A stretch of 64,000 bases of DNA, taken from NCBI GenBank assembly GCA_040954595.2, contig CM082593.2, positions 2,453,830-2,517,829 of the forward strand, read 5' to 3'. The translations under genes were made by a program, and so were the position numbers. The notes under the pieces were generated by a model, which was given only the letters and a program-made list of their open reading frames with translations, searched no databases and had not been told where the DNA came from. The DNA comes from Balanoglossus misakiensis. Lineage: Eukaryota > Animalia > Hemichordata. Numbering within the stretch: position 1 is the stretch's first letter; every line of letters starts with the position of its first letter. Positions 40,997 through 60,200 of the stretch are shown piece by piece.

Positions 40997-42451
40997 ATGT
41001 CCCTCACATGCACATCTACAAGCACCTCTGGCAGCGCACCACCAGCTCGAACGAACCACGCGAGTGTTTGGTACGACAACAAGTTTGTGGTGTATGCAGG
41101 GAATGCAGACAGCAAGTACCAGTGCTTTGATGATTTATGGGTGCTGGATACAGCATCTATGACATGGTCTCAGCCCACTACCTCAGGATCATCCCCTGGC
41201 CCCAGATGCCATCACACAATGAGTCTGGTTGGCAGCAAAGCCTACGTCTTTGGAGGATGGACAAGTGAGTACGCGAGAATTCAACCGTTAATCTGACTTC
41301 TCATCCCCTCCTCTTCATACCTGAGCCTAAACTTATCAACGAGAACAATCGGCTTTAGACCAAACTATTAATGCGATAGGGTTGAACAAGGGGCTATTGT
41401 AGGCGGAGTCTGTATGATGATGCAGTAATCATCCGTTTGCTTTGTGTGGGTGGGGGAGCCCCCTTCCTGCCATTTAACCCTTTCGACACCAAAGTTGAAC
41501 CTTGTCTACCTTTATCTCTTGATCAAGAACTGTTGGCAGTAAAAAATTGTGACCACGCGGTCCAAAATAAAGTCGAATAAGTGAGAGAAAAATACACAAA
41601 ATTGAGAAAAAGTAGCACTAGCATTTGGCAGGGAAAATTGTCATCTTCAAAGGGTTAATCCAACCACGTATTATTGAAGGAAGATATAGGGAGTGTGATG
41701 AAGTTGGTCAGTTCCTTTGATGTCAAACTGTTTCATCTCTACACAAGGTAAACGACGATGCAACTTTCTTCATTCCCTGGATCTGGAAAGCTGGAAATGG
41801 GAAGACCTGACCCCAAAGATGTCGGCTGTTGATCCCCACTCTAGTCACGCAGCCACTGTGATAGATGCCAGTACAGTTCTTGTGTTAGGGAGAGGTGAAA
41901 CAGGCACCCACGCCAAATACGGCTGTAATGTTGATTTCCTGGATGTAAAGAGACTCCAGTGGACCACTTTTCCGGGAAGTACGATATCCCGCGCTGGGCA
42001 TTCCATCACCTTCCAGCCAGACGTTTCCATGAGGTACGCTGTGGCCTACGGGGGCAGACAGCGACACATGGTGGAACAGGTAGTCTGCAAAGCCAAGGGA
42101 GCACCCCCGAAAATCTTCCATTCGAAAATACCGGATGAGGTTCTGAAGTCGAGTAAGAAGGTCGAAGTGCCGCCTGGCCGGAGCTATCATTCCGCCACTG
42201 ACGTGAACGGACTTCTGCTCGTCTACGGAGGATTCATTGAAGGGAAGAGTGTGCGGGGTCTTGTGGATGGAGTCGATCAAGTCTTCCTCTTTGATGTGAA
42301 AAACAATCGTTGGTTGGCACCGGAGAAGAAAGGTGATTGGCCCCATAGGGCGGGACATACAGCAGCGCGAATTGGCGAGAGGAGTGTGCTGCTCTTTGGT
42401 GGTGAACACGCCAAGAAATTCTACAACGATGTTCATGTCATATCGTGGTGA
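40997..42451 (+). CDS. Kelch-domain beta-propeller protein, KLHDC9-like (~323 aa)
   Basis: Exons 40997-41264 and 41748-42451 (phase 1). Kelch repeats PPARTNHAS, PGPRCHHTM..VFGGW, PPGRSYHSA..YGG, HRAGHTA..LFGG. The segments GGWTSKRR, SSHAAT, LGR...KYG and TISRAGHS resemble KLHDC9. Confidence 0.85.
41474..41658. mobile_element. piggyBac-like MITE (~177 bp) with TTAA target-site duplication in the kelch gene intron
   Basis: TTAA|CCCTTT...AAAGGG|TTAA; a related end (ggtgctgaaagggTTAA) occurs near 57992-58007. Confidence 0.55.
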
Positions 42452-44795
42452 CGAAATTATCATTATTGTAACCCACAACATGCAAGTTATTTCAGTATTA
42501 GTCACATCAACTCTGTCATTGATCAACAATAATAGAACTGATGTGACATAGTCTTTATGTCTTAGGAAAATTGTTTGGAGTGTTACCACGTCTGTGCAGT
42601 CAGTCCCCCTTTTTTCCAAATGGCAAACATATATAATCTAATATTCTGAACAGATGTGACACCGTCGATGAAGAGTAATTTCCCCCACTTAGCGCCTGTA
42701 TCCGTCCAAGCCGTAGGCTATATGTGATGAATTATTTTAATTTCTTCAAGGGGATTTGCACAGGTCATGAAAATTGGATATGTCAATTGTGTTCTCAACA
42801 GCAAAATATAAAACATTTAATAAAACATTTGACAGTTTGAAAGAGAAGATCTGTCTGTTCTGCATGGATAGATGCATACAATTTATATTTAATATCACAT
42901 GTAGGAATAATTGCATAGCTTGCTACCAGTTATCACATCACATTTAGTAAATTGGTGTAACGGATAGCACTATCACTCAATACCATCGTACAAAGAGAAA
43001 GAAACATACTAGCACGTAGATGCGTGGGTGTATGTTGTGTCGCAAACCAGGGTGCTCGTGCTCTCTAGTTGTGTGGGTGTCTAGGGGATTGGAATCGACT
43101 CATAAGCGATTAAACCCAAATATATGGACAGTCAGTCAGTACAGGCAGAGTGGGACTTACTACAAAAGACAGGTGTGTGCAGCAAATGTAGCACTCAATC
43201 AACAGACAAATAGATGGGATTTTTACAACCTCACTATATATTGAGAACATAAGGGATTAAAATTAAATTTTGTAGTGAAAAGGTGAAACTGGATGCTTTT
43301 TATTCTCTTCATAGACAATTGTATGATAAATTTTTGATATCCTGTCCATAACACATAAAAAATTCAGGGTTTTATATTCAAAAGAATTTTAATCTTGTAA
43401 GAGGCTGGGCTCTTTCTGTAATTTATTTTATGGGTTTAATAACATGGTGTTTTTATGCTATGTGTTCAGCTCTTTCAGGTTGAATCCCAGATAAAATCTT
43501 TGTTTAATAGAAACTTGCCAATTACACTGGTGTGTCTGCACGATTTTTATTGCGTGTGGATGCATGCATGCATGCATGTCAAACTTGAGTACATCCATGG
43601 TTGATAAACCGTGTTATCATGATCCTTGACCCAGCTGGGCTTCCACAACAGGTGGTCTGATAGTGCCAGGTCTTAATGGTGTACGACCTTGATAGAATAC
43701 CCAGGTAATATATCACCAGGCACTGACAGAATTATGTGCTCTACACCAGAGATTTGGTTGGCAACCTATTTTGGATGTCAAGGTGTTTCAAGTTTTATGT
43801 CATACAAAAAGTACAGCGCTACAACTTACAGTGTAAAATGCCACATATTTCATTTAATTAATTTGTTCCAGAAGTCAGTTTTCATATCAATACATGTAAT
43901 GGATTTGGGTTTGTCGCAATTCAAAGTAAAACTAAAAATACTTGCACGTACAACTTTAACATGTCTTCCCTTAACTGATCCCGATATGTGTTGACGCTGT
44001 AACTTTTGACCCACTGTTGAGTAAAGCGTAGGTGTTTGTTTGTCAAGTATCAGAGTTTAATAGATATTGGTATCTGGTTTCCAAGTGGTTAAAACCTTGT
44101 ACATTGTAAAGGTGAAGGCCTAAATGCAAACCTGGATGACTGCATGTACCTAGCCACTTTAAAAATATCAAATCTCTTCATTTTCAAAATCCAATTTGTA
44201 TCATAAAAATCAGACAACCAGACCAATTGTCTTATGAAAATTTTTAATTCTATTTCTTTTGACAACAATCAAATCCTTGATTCACAACATAAGAATTTCA
44301 TAAAATAAAGCATATATAGATCTATCAAGCATAGTTTTTAAAACAAGAAATTAACTTTTACATTCATTTGCTAAAAAATTGTAAACAATTAAAAGAGCTG
44401 CCAGCTATCTGGCAACTGAGCTAGGATGGAATATATTAAGGCGATTTGAAGAATATTATCCTAAAATGCCTTGTGTTCTTAAATCACTGTGATGTGTCCT
44501 ATTTATCACTTCATGCAGCAAAGAACTATTGCACAACTATTTACAGTAATATTACATACAAGCAAATACAGTTAACTTGAATATTGAAGGGAAAATATTC
44601 TACTTGCAAACACTGATACTCCTAATTATTTGAGATAAAAATATTCCGATTAAAATAATCTAAATGCCGAGAGAACAGTCTTAAACACCCGCAGCTATAT
44701 TTTACAAAATGACAAAACAAAGGTTTGTGTGTTTTTGCCTGTAGAGGGCCTTCCTGCTCAAATTTATGCATATAATTATAAAGCGGTCACATTGT

Positions 44796-48809
<4,014 letters not shown>

Positions 48810-48857
48810 CTTGTCAAATATATGTGAGATCACAGATCGTGCACGGAGTCACCCTGC

Positions 48858-48863
48858 TTTATA
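48858..48863 (-). promoter_or_regulatory. TATA-like box of macroH2A
   Basis: TATAAA on the minus strand about 50 bp upstream of the ATG; CpG-rich surroundings with CCAAT and TGACGTCA further upstream. Confidence 0.45.
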
Positions 48864-51218
48864 ATCAAGGAAGGAACGCTTGGGGTGACGGGTCCGCTTT
48901 ACACACAGTATGACGGGGTCGCAGAGACTGGCTTTCACGATTTGCGGGACACGCCCCCTTTGAAAATGCGTTTTCTTTTGGATAAATTACCGGGGTTAGC
49001 ACACTGTCATGTATCATGGGCAATGACAACGCACGAAGGGCAAACACGCTCTTATTTTGACCTATCTGGGAAGCTTTCAAGACGATTCCTTGGCAACGAA
49101 AACGACAATTATATAAGAACAAAGCTCAGTCGTTTATAGCAGAACAGCTGTCTGTTTATGGATTTTCTGTTTGCATGACATGAGGTCACACGCCAATCAC
49201 TTAGAGTTTCTCCAACCAAAAACAGGCTTTCTGAAAACGATTGCTCCGCCCAATTAAAGCGGGGAATGGGATCTGTTCTTACATGTACAGGTGTTCCTTT
49301 CACTTTGCGGTTGTGACGTCATCAATTAGACGCTTTATTATAAAGGTGACTCAACGGGTTACTGCTGAACTTGTTTGAACACGAATTTGATGATGCAGCT
49401 CACGTCACTCAATATTACACAACGAGACAGTTCGATCGCAGGTCTTGCCTCGCGAATACATACACGTACTCAGGCCTGCATAAATAAAATTTACATACGC
49501 TGATATATACCTGAAATTGGGTATTTGAGTGTTATATTTCAAATTTTCATATTTTAATTTAGTACATCATGCACTATCAGAGAGTGTCGTAAGGTGCAGT
49601 AAATTCCTTTGGTATCGAATGATTGACCAAAACCGGCATGCGCAATTATTCAGTAAAATTTCGGTGTACTTTTAATATACTTTTGTATACCTCTATCACA
49701 GGGAATCAATCAACTATATTTCGTTCGTATTTTCTTTTAAGTTTTGTAAAGTACCCAAGAACAACAGAAACATTTACACAAGGTCCCTGTCATGACACTT
49801 TTCAGTATATGAGGGGATAGTGCGCCGTCTGGCGTCATCATCGCCAAAACTGGATAACATATCATCACAGTTTGGCCGCTGCAGGCGCAGTTTGAACTGA
49901 TAAAACGACGTGGTTTCACCGCAGATTTTTCTCTAATGATCAGTTTGCGGTTTATAATGACAAAGTTTCATTCATAACTTGAGTAACAGAAAAGATAGTT
50001 TGGTTAACATTACTTTTTATAGACTCCTGAGTAGGATGCGGAACTTGAAAGAAATAATGTTGGTCCCTTATCCAACCAATTTTTTTTCTGCTATTTGTTG
50101 AAATGATTTAAGTAGTATTAAACTCATTCTAATAGTACCAGTAATAATACTTTTAGTATGAAACTGCATCATCTTATGCTAGTTTTGTCACAACTATGAC
50201 GACCAGACCCCTTTGAATATAGCTTTTTCGTGAAGATCTTCCCCTACGCGGAAATCGTAAATATAAAAGGGAGAAAAAGTTTATTTAAAGAAATAAAGAA
50301 CGAAAGAGAGAAAGAAACGCTCTTGCTCAGTTGCTGTGAGATGCGATTGCGCTGGAGGGCGTGGCAGGCTGGCCGCCATAGCAACAAAATCGCCGGTCGG
50401 GCGCGAGACGAGGTATTGGAACGACCGCCCTCTTGACAACTTTGAACTTCGTTTGGGGACATTTTGTGCATTTTGGTTGATGAGGAAGCAAGCCCAATGA
50501 ATACGCGAATGTGTTGAGAAGGCTGGAGTTTGTGGTCAGTGAGAAATCAGGACATTTTGAAATGAACAACTCATATATCCGCGAAGAAATATGCAAATTA
50601 ACTTAGTATTACACTAACTGCAGATGCTAGATGTAGTTGTATTTGAACGGTAAGTTTAATACTTAGTCTTCAGCATGTGAATAAGGTCGGAACGATAGAT
50701 AATGGTTGGCTAATTGCTTTTTAAGATGTGTTTTAAGATTTAACAACTGCAGTTTGGAGCGACAGACAGAATGCGACGACTAATCTGTGATGTGAAGAAT
50801 ATATGAACTGAGGAATGGAGGGCAGCCCTACTGTCTGTACGTCACGCCACGGAAAAGCAGAGGCGAAATCTATATTAACAGTCTAGTTTTGATTGTATCG
50901 GGCACAGATAATATCAAAAGCGACATTTTAGGTAACGATTCCGCATTTTAGGACGTGAAAACTTCGTTGACAAAGATTTGTGCGTGGTTCCCATCCTACA
51001 GAAGAACGACATTTTGTCGTCTTCTCTCATCCGGGTGATCACGTGGTGGGTGCAGAGAAAGTCGTCTATAATTCACGGCGTACTGTCAGTCAGTATAATT
51101 TTCAATATAAAACTTGCAATGCGAAATGAAGAGAGTTTCGGAGAGAAACGTTCTTGTATAAGTATCCAGCAAGCGACGTGCATCGACGGACTTCGCGATG
51201 GAAATTCCTGTCGAAAAT

Positions 51219-51243
51219 GGGGGGGGGGGGGGGGGGGGGGGGG
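51219..51243. repeat. Poly-G tract (25 nt)
   Basis: Directly visible. Confidence 0.9.
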
Positions 51244-54200
51244 TAGCTCTAGCTGAAATGTACATCATTGCAAAGGACAGTACATATTTCCAAGAAAATA
51301 ACAACAATTAAATGAAAGATAGTTACAAATTTTGCTGCTCATCTCATTGTCACGCCTCATTTGCATACAAATACATTAACAATAGTAACAATAGCTCAGA
51401 CTACAATAGACTGGTCAAGTAATAAAACACTGGGCCAACCTATTTGTTAGCTGATTGTTAGCTTATTGGAAAAGAACTTGAGCTGTACTCTAGTATACAA
51501 TGTATACTGAACATGCCTTTGTTCATTCACCAACCAGGGGCCACTTGATAAATGTCGGTGAAAAACAAAGTACACTGCCCAACCCTGACTTATAAACGGA
51601 AAGAAAACCTACAGGCAACAAAACTTCCTGTTATACTTGTTGAAATATCGTTACCCTCTGCATACCGGGTAGAGTTGACCATTTATTTTCGACCTTGGTC
51701 AACGGTGATGAATGACCAAGAATGTCTGGGGTGGTCATGTTAGTTGTTGTTGCGTGTATACAAGTGACAGGGCTTAAGTGAGTGAACTGGTTGGCCTTAA
51801 CTAGTAATTCTTCAGCCCATCACTGGAGTATATTAATCCTTTCAATGCTATAGTCAAGAAGGAGGAAAAAAGATTGTGGTAGTTTAGAAAGAAAATTCAG
51901 TGAAAATCTTGTGTTTGTACCTGTAAAGGTCATATTTATTCACTTTTCAATAGCTGTTTTTGAGGATGTTGCCTCAGAAAATTCTCACTCGGGATTTCCA
52001 CTAAAAAATAAACTGATTCGTGACTAATGTTTTTTTTTTTAGATATAGTTCCTGGTTGGTCCGTGTCTACCAAGTTCCTAAATCCGAACCATACACATCA
52101 AATGTTCAATTGAAGATCTTGTGGTTAGCATGGTAACGTGAAAAAGTCAGTGTTGAAAATCCTGTGATTAATGTGTAAAGGTAAGTAGCGTTGACGACGG
52201 CGTATCCTTCACTTGTTTTACTCCTGTTTGACCTTTCCCCCTTAAAATGCCAGCGCTATCGACCACTACACCGCCTCTCAGCTACCAGACACTCCAAGTG
52301 GTTTCAAGTCAAAGGGTACGATTAGAATGCATTAATTTACCACTATCGCCCTGGTGCGCGATAGCGTGGTCGATTCGACTTTGATGTCGTCCGCCCCGCC
52401 TGCGTTTGCGTCACACACACCCACACCTTTGCTGTACAAGTAGGCCACGGTGTTGCGTTATCTCTGTAATCCCCAATTGTGAGTCAATATGATACTGTCT
52501 CCACCCCAGACCATACCCCTTGATGTGTATACTGTAAGAGACACTCTAACATCAGAGGTACGTGTAGAGGCCAGTACATATAGCATTACCAACAAGCGTG
52601 CATAGTCATGCTTCGGTTACAACTCGAGTGGTTCATACCCTTATTGATTTTTCTCCATGATACGGCAAATCGGCGTATTTGCAAAACGCGGCCCTAGGGA
52701 GGGCTCTCTTTAATTTTGATTAATGACTAACTCTGTTTTAGTGGTGTTAAATCTGTACAAGTTGGTTCATAAAAAGTTAAGCAAACATCACAGGCATTGT
52801 AATTTTATAGCTTACATCAGTTATTTGCCAATCGTATTTCATTTTATGTACCTGGCTAGTTACGGACACACTTTATGGCAAATTGGCTGATAATGACGTT
52901 CTATGGGAGTGTTTGTGTACTGTTGGCTGTGCTGTAAACTTGCTGGACTTGATTTAATGAGATTTAGAACTTGCAAATAAATCTAATTAGATTTGAGATA
53001 CCCGTCGTTCCTGATCTGATTAGATAAATCCAGGGACATGTGTCAACCTTTGTCCAAACTCCCATGATGTGTGTAGTTACAGTTTTAAGAGTTGGTAAAA
53101 AATCACTTCAAATTTTCATATGCCCATTATCTAGAACAGACGGTGTCTTAGTCTTAAAAGACCATACTGTTTAGGATATTTGACAGTCCAATTGCATAGC
53201 CTAAGTTTCTGTCGCTTTGAGTATGATAAATGGTACGTCTCTTAAAAATGGCTGTCAGCCAATTTTTGTAGATAACCTGGTGAATTAAATCATATTAACC
53301 TGCAATGTAGGCTAAAAGCTTTTTGTCAGTGCCTGTGATCAGTTGTCATTTGATAGAGATAAATTTGGGTCAACAAGGTTGTAGTTCAGTTTGACATAAA
53401 AATGTTTTGTATAAATCATGTACCTGACAACTCATGACAGGCTGAAGTGCCTTGTAAGCAAGCCACATTGGTTGGCTGATAATGTGATATGTTGATAATT
53501 TTGGCCTGTACCCATTTTGCAGCCCCGGAATTCTGAGGTGATAGTTTCTTTATTGGCTTATTTTATGTTCTGCTCTCCGAAATATGTCAGTCACTGGTTG
53601 TCACAATTATACAACTATGATGTGATTTTAAGTATCAACCAGAAAGTGATTGATCGATTGATAGATAGATAAGACGATTGTAATATTATCAAAACTGAGT
53701 GACTATCTGAATACAAGTCAATGCAAGCAGAAGTATATGTACGAATGGACATCTCTTTGTGTAACTGTTTGATAGATATGGGACATCATATTCCAGCTGC
53801 TCTAGTTTCGACTCCAACATTCCAAGCATAATTCCTGATGGAAAGGCTGCAGAGTGGTCAAATGCCATGAGAAGCCTGCGAAGTATCGCGAAATATGTGC
53901 ACGTATGACAGTTCATGTATGTTGTATCAATCATACCACGTACCATTTCCCTGCCAAGATTTAATCGCGAAACATATGTGACACAAGGTTTGAAAGTTCT
54001 CAGTACCCTTCCCCATGCGTTGAGAAATATAAAACAGCATCAGTGGCTATAAATTATGTTCTTGAGTTCGGAAGTGCCAACAGGTGCAGCTGGCTGGCGC
54101 CGTTATGAATTTCAGAGGAAGTATTCTTGTTGAGTGAGTACGTTGTTGTTTGTATGCATGCGTATGTGGGACAGCGAGCATAAAAGTTGTCTGAACCAAC

Positions 54201-57200
54201 CATGTATTGGGTGTGTATATGGCAACCTACAATGTATACACCTTGCACCCTTTATGAATAGACTTTTGAACAGTCGGCAAAAGTTCAAAATGTTATATGT
54301 GCGAATAATTTATAACCTTGGTGTCAAATTTACGCTGCTTGCAACATACCAGCCGATTGTAGCAGAAACGTGTATTTAATGAAGTGGCACTTGTACACGG
54401 TCAGGTGAGACAGTCCTGGGTGACTGGAATGTTGTGTGAAGGGGGTGGCTTATTTAGACTGTGGTACTTTAAGGCAGGGGCACTGGATCATATCTGCTGA
54501 CCCTTTTGGGTGGAGTTTTGCTGATCGCTGGTGGAAAAATCTGTCGAATGTCTGAAAGAACGCGATTCTTATGTATTCTTGCGTTGGGATTTAACTTGGG
54601 AAGTATTGCAAGACTTGGGAGTGCCCCAGGGTAAGCTTTAATTGCTTTGTCTTCCTTTGCTGTTTAGGGGTGTGTAGTCGTAGGTTTTCAGTTGTGTACA
54701 TACATGTACATAGATGTAGACCTCATAGTTGTTTTAGCACACACACAAATTGTGGTGCTTGTTCATTTAATACCTTATATATATATGCATATTCCCATTT
54801 ATGGTTAAAAGGGTATATTAATGTCTGTCTTTCATATATATGACAATGCACTTTTTACCCATGGCCACCCAAGTAAAAATCAGTCATTGGGTATAGATCT
54901 TCACTTTCCATGGTAAATTAACTGTGCATGGTTAAACGTGCATGGATGACCATCTAATACAACGATTCCAAAGTATGCAGCATCTCAATCAGCACTTTTT
55001 GTTAGCCCAAGTAGCAATTGGCATTTTCATCAGAGCAAGTTAAAGGCAAAGTTGGTTAACAATACTGTTTATTTAGTAAACTCGGTGAATGCATTAATTG
55101 ACAGTCCTAGAGTGGTGTTTTCTATGCCGAGTCAAACAGCAGATTTGTATAACGGTCGTTATTTAGCCCCGCCAGCAGTGTTGACTGGTGTGACACACTT
55201 CAAGCTTGTATCTTTTGTTGGTACGTCGTAGTAGCAAAGGCGTCTTACACTGCTGAGACTGCGTTGTTGGTTTTGTGTCAGATAGAGGCTGATAAATATA
55301 GCCCTGTTGAACTGGTTTTCTTTTAATTGCCAGATGTGGCCCAGTTTAATGTCAGGTTGAACTTCAAATAGTACAACTACAAGATTGATGGTTTTACATA
55401 TCTGACCTACATGTGCACATGAAGTACGTGCGCATATGCACTGTGTTGAGTTTTGCTTAAAAGTTGCTTGATCCTTAAAACCATGGTCACTCCACAAAAC
55501 ACATGAAGCTATATACTTTCCCCCAGTTCTGTGTACACATGGGGGTAAACGTGATCAGGGCCATCACCCTCCTCCCACCCCACCTGGCGGCATTTGACAA
55601 GGGGAAAGTTCAAAGTTGTAAATTGGGTATCAAACAATACCACAAAGGACTGACATAGATTATTATGCCACACATTGTCCGGCGGAACGGGCTCCTAATT
55701 GAATCAGCAGCTAATTTGTGTTCAAATGCAAAGGTCAGAAAGCCTTTCACATGTTTGACAATGGGATGTTAGCATTCATCTGTAGCCTGTGTGGTTTTTC
55801 TTTCTCTCTCACAGATTTTTTGAACAGTGTGCTGGTACAGTTCAGTGTGGATACAGTATAACTGGTACACCGCGGTAGACCAATCCTTGTCGACGACTCC
55901 CACTTGACCGATAGTAAATAAATCAAGATCAACGATTACGGGGGAGTACGTACCTGGGAATAGTGTACAAAGACTGAGAGAAGAGCACAGTGATTTGGAC
56001 AAATCGCCACCAGCATGATTTCCTAGTGACTGTACGTCTATCTGCCTACAAGGTAAGCTACCATATCCATAACAACTTGCTTTCTGAGCTTCTGAAAGAG
56101 ACTTTCATCTTTTCACCTCAGAATTTAGACTTAGAGAAGAGATTATTGTAACAGTTGAAGTAAGGTGATTGGCTGCATTTTGTTTATACCGGAAAGCTAA
56201 ACGTGAAGTCAAAAGTTACTCTCCCCTTTTAAAAAATACAGTTGAATAAATTACCATGATTGATTTCGACCATGTAGGTAAACTTGCAGGAGTCTCCCCT
56301 CCCACTTTACAGTAATGTTAGTCAATTGAAATCATGAAAACTGCATAAGGGTATTTAAGCCAGTTCATTTCATAGTTTCATAAGTGTTTTCAGTGATCGA
56401 CTTTTAAGATGTAGTTTTTCTTTTTACTAAAATTCTTCATGGTACCTCCATGACAGTCTCGCACAGGCATAACGGCAGAGGTCGACAAGACTCGACATTA
56501 ACCATTGACAACAAAGACATGTAGCTGTCTGGCTTCGGGCAAAAACTCTGCAGATGCACAAACAAAAAAGGCAAATGAAATGAATCAACATGACAGGCCT
56601 TCTGTCTCTCTCCCAAACAAGTATTTTACTTGTCTTTCTTGTGATTGAAAGAAAGCGATCCTTCAGAATTTGCCCGCGGAGCTTTTCTAGCATTCAGCAG
56701 TGACGTTCAGTTACACACGTAACACTAACTGTGAAAGGAAACTATCACAGCAATGGTCAGTTACATGTACATTGGAAAGATGAAGTGTTCTATCTATGCA
56801 GACAAGGAAAGTGGTTAAGTCTTTCTTGAGGCCGACAGGTACGGTTGAAATTCCTGAAGTTCCTCAGTGTGTGCTGTCAAATATTTACCAAAGATGTCAT
56901 TTTCCCTGCAATAACCATTGATTGTTCATTACAAAAATGTACATAAGATTAGGTTTATTTTCATTCATTCATTCATGATTTCCCTCTGCATAAAACTGCC
57001 CACCAGGTGTGAACGTGGTGATTATTGATTGGCTGACACCCAGTGATGTGATACTTTACTGTGTGCTAAAGAGATTTCAAAATTCCCAGACACAGTTTCA
57101 TACACTGGGTGAACAGTCTATATACTCGGTGGCAGCTCAGTGAATTAATTAGCCATTAGGCAGATCTCTGTTATGTTTTTCTCGCACTTCACACCAAACG

Positions 57201-60200
57201 GTAACTGTGAAATTCCTGCATGTAAATTAATCGACTCCCTGAATGCAGGTAGTTGTGAACGAGTCACATTGGCTGACAGCAAGATCTCAAACCTTTTCAC
57301 ATCGCAGTGTGGTTCAAGCCCATTGTCATCAATGGCGTGGGTGGATCCATAAACTGAGTTAAAGGGGTAACAGCACAGTTTGCGTGAGAACCTTCGTAGT
57401 AGGAGTCTCGACTGGATCATAGCTGATAGTAGTCGCTTTTACTGTGTGTGAATGGTTAGATTATAATTTGTAATTTTATGATTTAAACCAAGAACTTCTG
57501 TGTCTAACTGCGTGATTCTTAGTATGACGTACCGGTACACTGTGCTGTACCATTGTTGAAGCCTAAAACAAACCAATAAAGGATATGTTACGCACATTGT
57601 TGAACTATCATTCATGACGTATATACAGGTACGTATTAGCGTCATCCAGTTCGTAACCATACACCTGTCTCGTCTGTTGACACTCGGCGTAGAGACCAGA
57701 GTCGAAGTTCGTCATCACTTATTTATTATCTCCACTCTATTGCGTGCCATTAACTGGGTACCTGTTGAAGTCATAACCCATTATCTCCACTTTGTAGTGT
57801 CTCGCATACTAGTCATGTTGGAAGTGGTTGACATGGAGATCTCCGCAGATATTCAGCCCAGAGTTAGTCATCTCAACTGTGCTGTTCTGGAATGCGAAGT
57901 TCAGAAAGTTATCTTCACACAGTACAACCACCAGATAAATATGTGATTTTTATCACATAATTCTGACCGCGGAGATAATTTCTACTAGACTGGTGCTGAA
58001 AGGGTTAAACAGCTAAGTTGTGACCCTTGACCACATGTTTTATCACCTGTGTGGAAAAGTTTACTTTGATCTTTTATGGTTGATCACACCTGGCAGATAG
58101 ATTTGCAGTGCATCTTTTTTGTTTTTCCCAACTTTGTGTCAAACCACTTCAAAAATGCTACAAAAGAAATAACAGAGGACATTCACGTACTTGTTAGTCC
58201 AGACACCATCACTCCACAAAATCAAAGGTAATCCACAGTTCTTGGTAGATGTTTATGTTTTATCTGCACCAGTGTTGAAGACATAGTGAATTGCATCACT
58301 GATGTTCCCTCCTTGGGGAGACTGTGATTACGTGTATACCTTTTTTCGAGTGAGCAGTTCTTTTGAAGGACTTTGCCCATGGCAAGGCTGAGAGAGAAAA
58401 GTGTCTGTGTGGTATGCATATTTCAGTGGTGGAGTACTGGACACATTGGCATGCTGTTTGGAGTAGAACAAGAAACTGCATTTGATGCACAGAAACGGAC
58501 CAAAATATTGAAATTAAAGCCAAAAGTTACAGCGATCCTTTAATGAAATTTGATGGGGTTTATTAGCTCCATATTCCACAGGGACAATGATCATTGTTTG
58601 TATTTGGAACACCCACAATACAGACATGTATAGAACTTGTAGTGCAAAACCTGTCACTAGGGAAAAAGTATTACAACTTAATACGGTCCTTATCAACCCC
58701 TTTGTGTGCTCCTCCATTTGGAATTGTATGGATTTGATTGTCAAATTATCTCTAATTGCTATTTTGGTCTGTTTGTGTAACGCTTTTTTGTAATGGGTTA
58801 GGAGGGTCTCAATAACAATTGTCTGCGAATGGTTCGAACAGAATCCTGCTTGCTGACCAGTGCTCAATGACCTTCAGGGGAATTATATACTCTATGGTAG
58901 AGGAAAATGAATTGTCCTTGGAGGAAATGAAGCGAAATTACGCCTTTCAGGCCTAAGTTCCTGATATCATTACCGAAGTTTACCCCTATGCATAGTTGTT
59001 TAGGCTTGAGACAGTTAAGACTGGTAGGAAACTGGTCAGAGAAAAAAAATACTTGAAAGAAAGGAATTGCTTCTCGTAGCAATTTGATCATGATGATCCA
59101 TTTACCAGCAGCCAGAAATAGACAAATGTCTAGTCATTCGCTGTATATGTGAGCAGACAACCAAACATGGCACTTTGGCAGCAGACTGTAACTTAGACAA
59201 CACAACGCATACCAACAAAGTTATCTCATGTCGTAATGTCATATCTTTAGATTTACTGACAAAGTACATGTGATCCCTTGGATATATGTTAATCACAGCT
59301 GTTACACACACTTTCCAACTCATAAAACTATCATCCTTTTTCTCTCTCAGTACAAATGGTATTTCTATCAAACTCTACACCTATTACAACTACAGAAGAA
59401 ATCTCCCACCCCCCTATTACATAAATGACAGCTCCCTTAGCATAACCATAATTTAAGTCTGGTAATAGTGATTATACTAAACCAGCAAGCCCACAGTTAA
59501 ATTGCATCACTGACCTCCTATAAAGTGAAGTGTTTTCATGTCGTAGAATTTGACTCTTGACCTTTGTCGTGACCTTCGTCTACTTTTAGCACTGCCAACG
59601 GTATCAAGTAACCTTGTTGGCTAACCTCACTCATCATCAATTATGATGGATACCCTCTCAGGGGAGGAAAGTGTGTGTTTGTGTACATGTAGCCAGTCAG
59701 TGGCCCTGATCAAAGACATTTCCAGTTGTGGTACCTTGATTCGCAACTGTGTAATACATCTAGGAGTACATGTACATGTATAAAGAAACTTGTGTTTGGT
59801 TGACGAAGTGTTGAACATGCCAGTATTATGTGTTGGAGCAGCAATCTGATTTATGATCATAAAAACTTATAATAATTTGTTGATTTTGCAGTTAATGGCC
59901 ATATACATTAAAGATAAAAACATGACAGTTTTATAAATAGTTTATGACTACATACCTCCCATGCCATACTTTATTGCTGTCAAAGTGATTTCGTGTGTTA
60001 ACCTTGTTACAATCAAAATCATATCACAGAATAATTTATTTGATATTCTCCTTTCATTGGTGTCAAAGTATCACTTGTGACAATCACAGTTCATGGTGTC
60101 AGTATCTATGTGAAACAAAACACTTTCTGGCACAAAATATCCATTATGATGTCAACAGAGTGTAACATTCTCTTAAAAATGATGAGTTATGAAAGGAAAT

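Noticed and set aside
41885-42619. 244-aa antisense ORF over the kelch exon (similar shadows at 2816-3334 and 14004-14451)
   Set aside because: Antisense shadows of GC-richer coding exons; no recognisable motifs.
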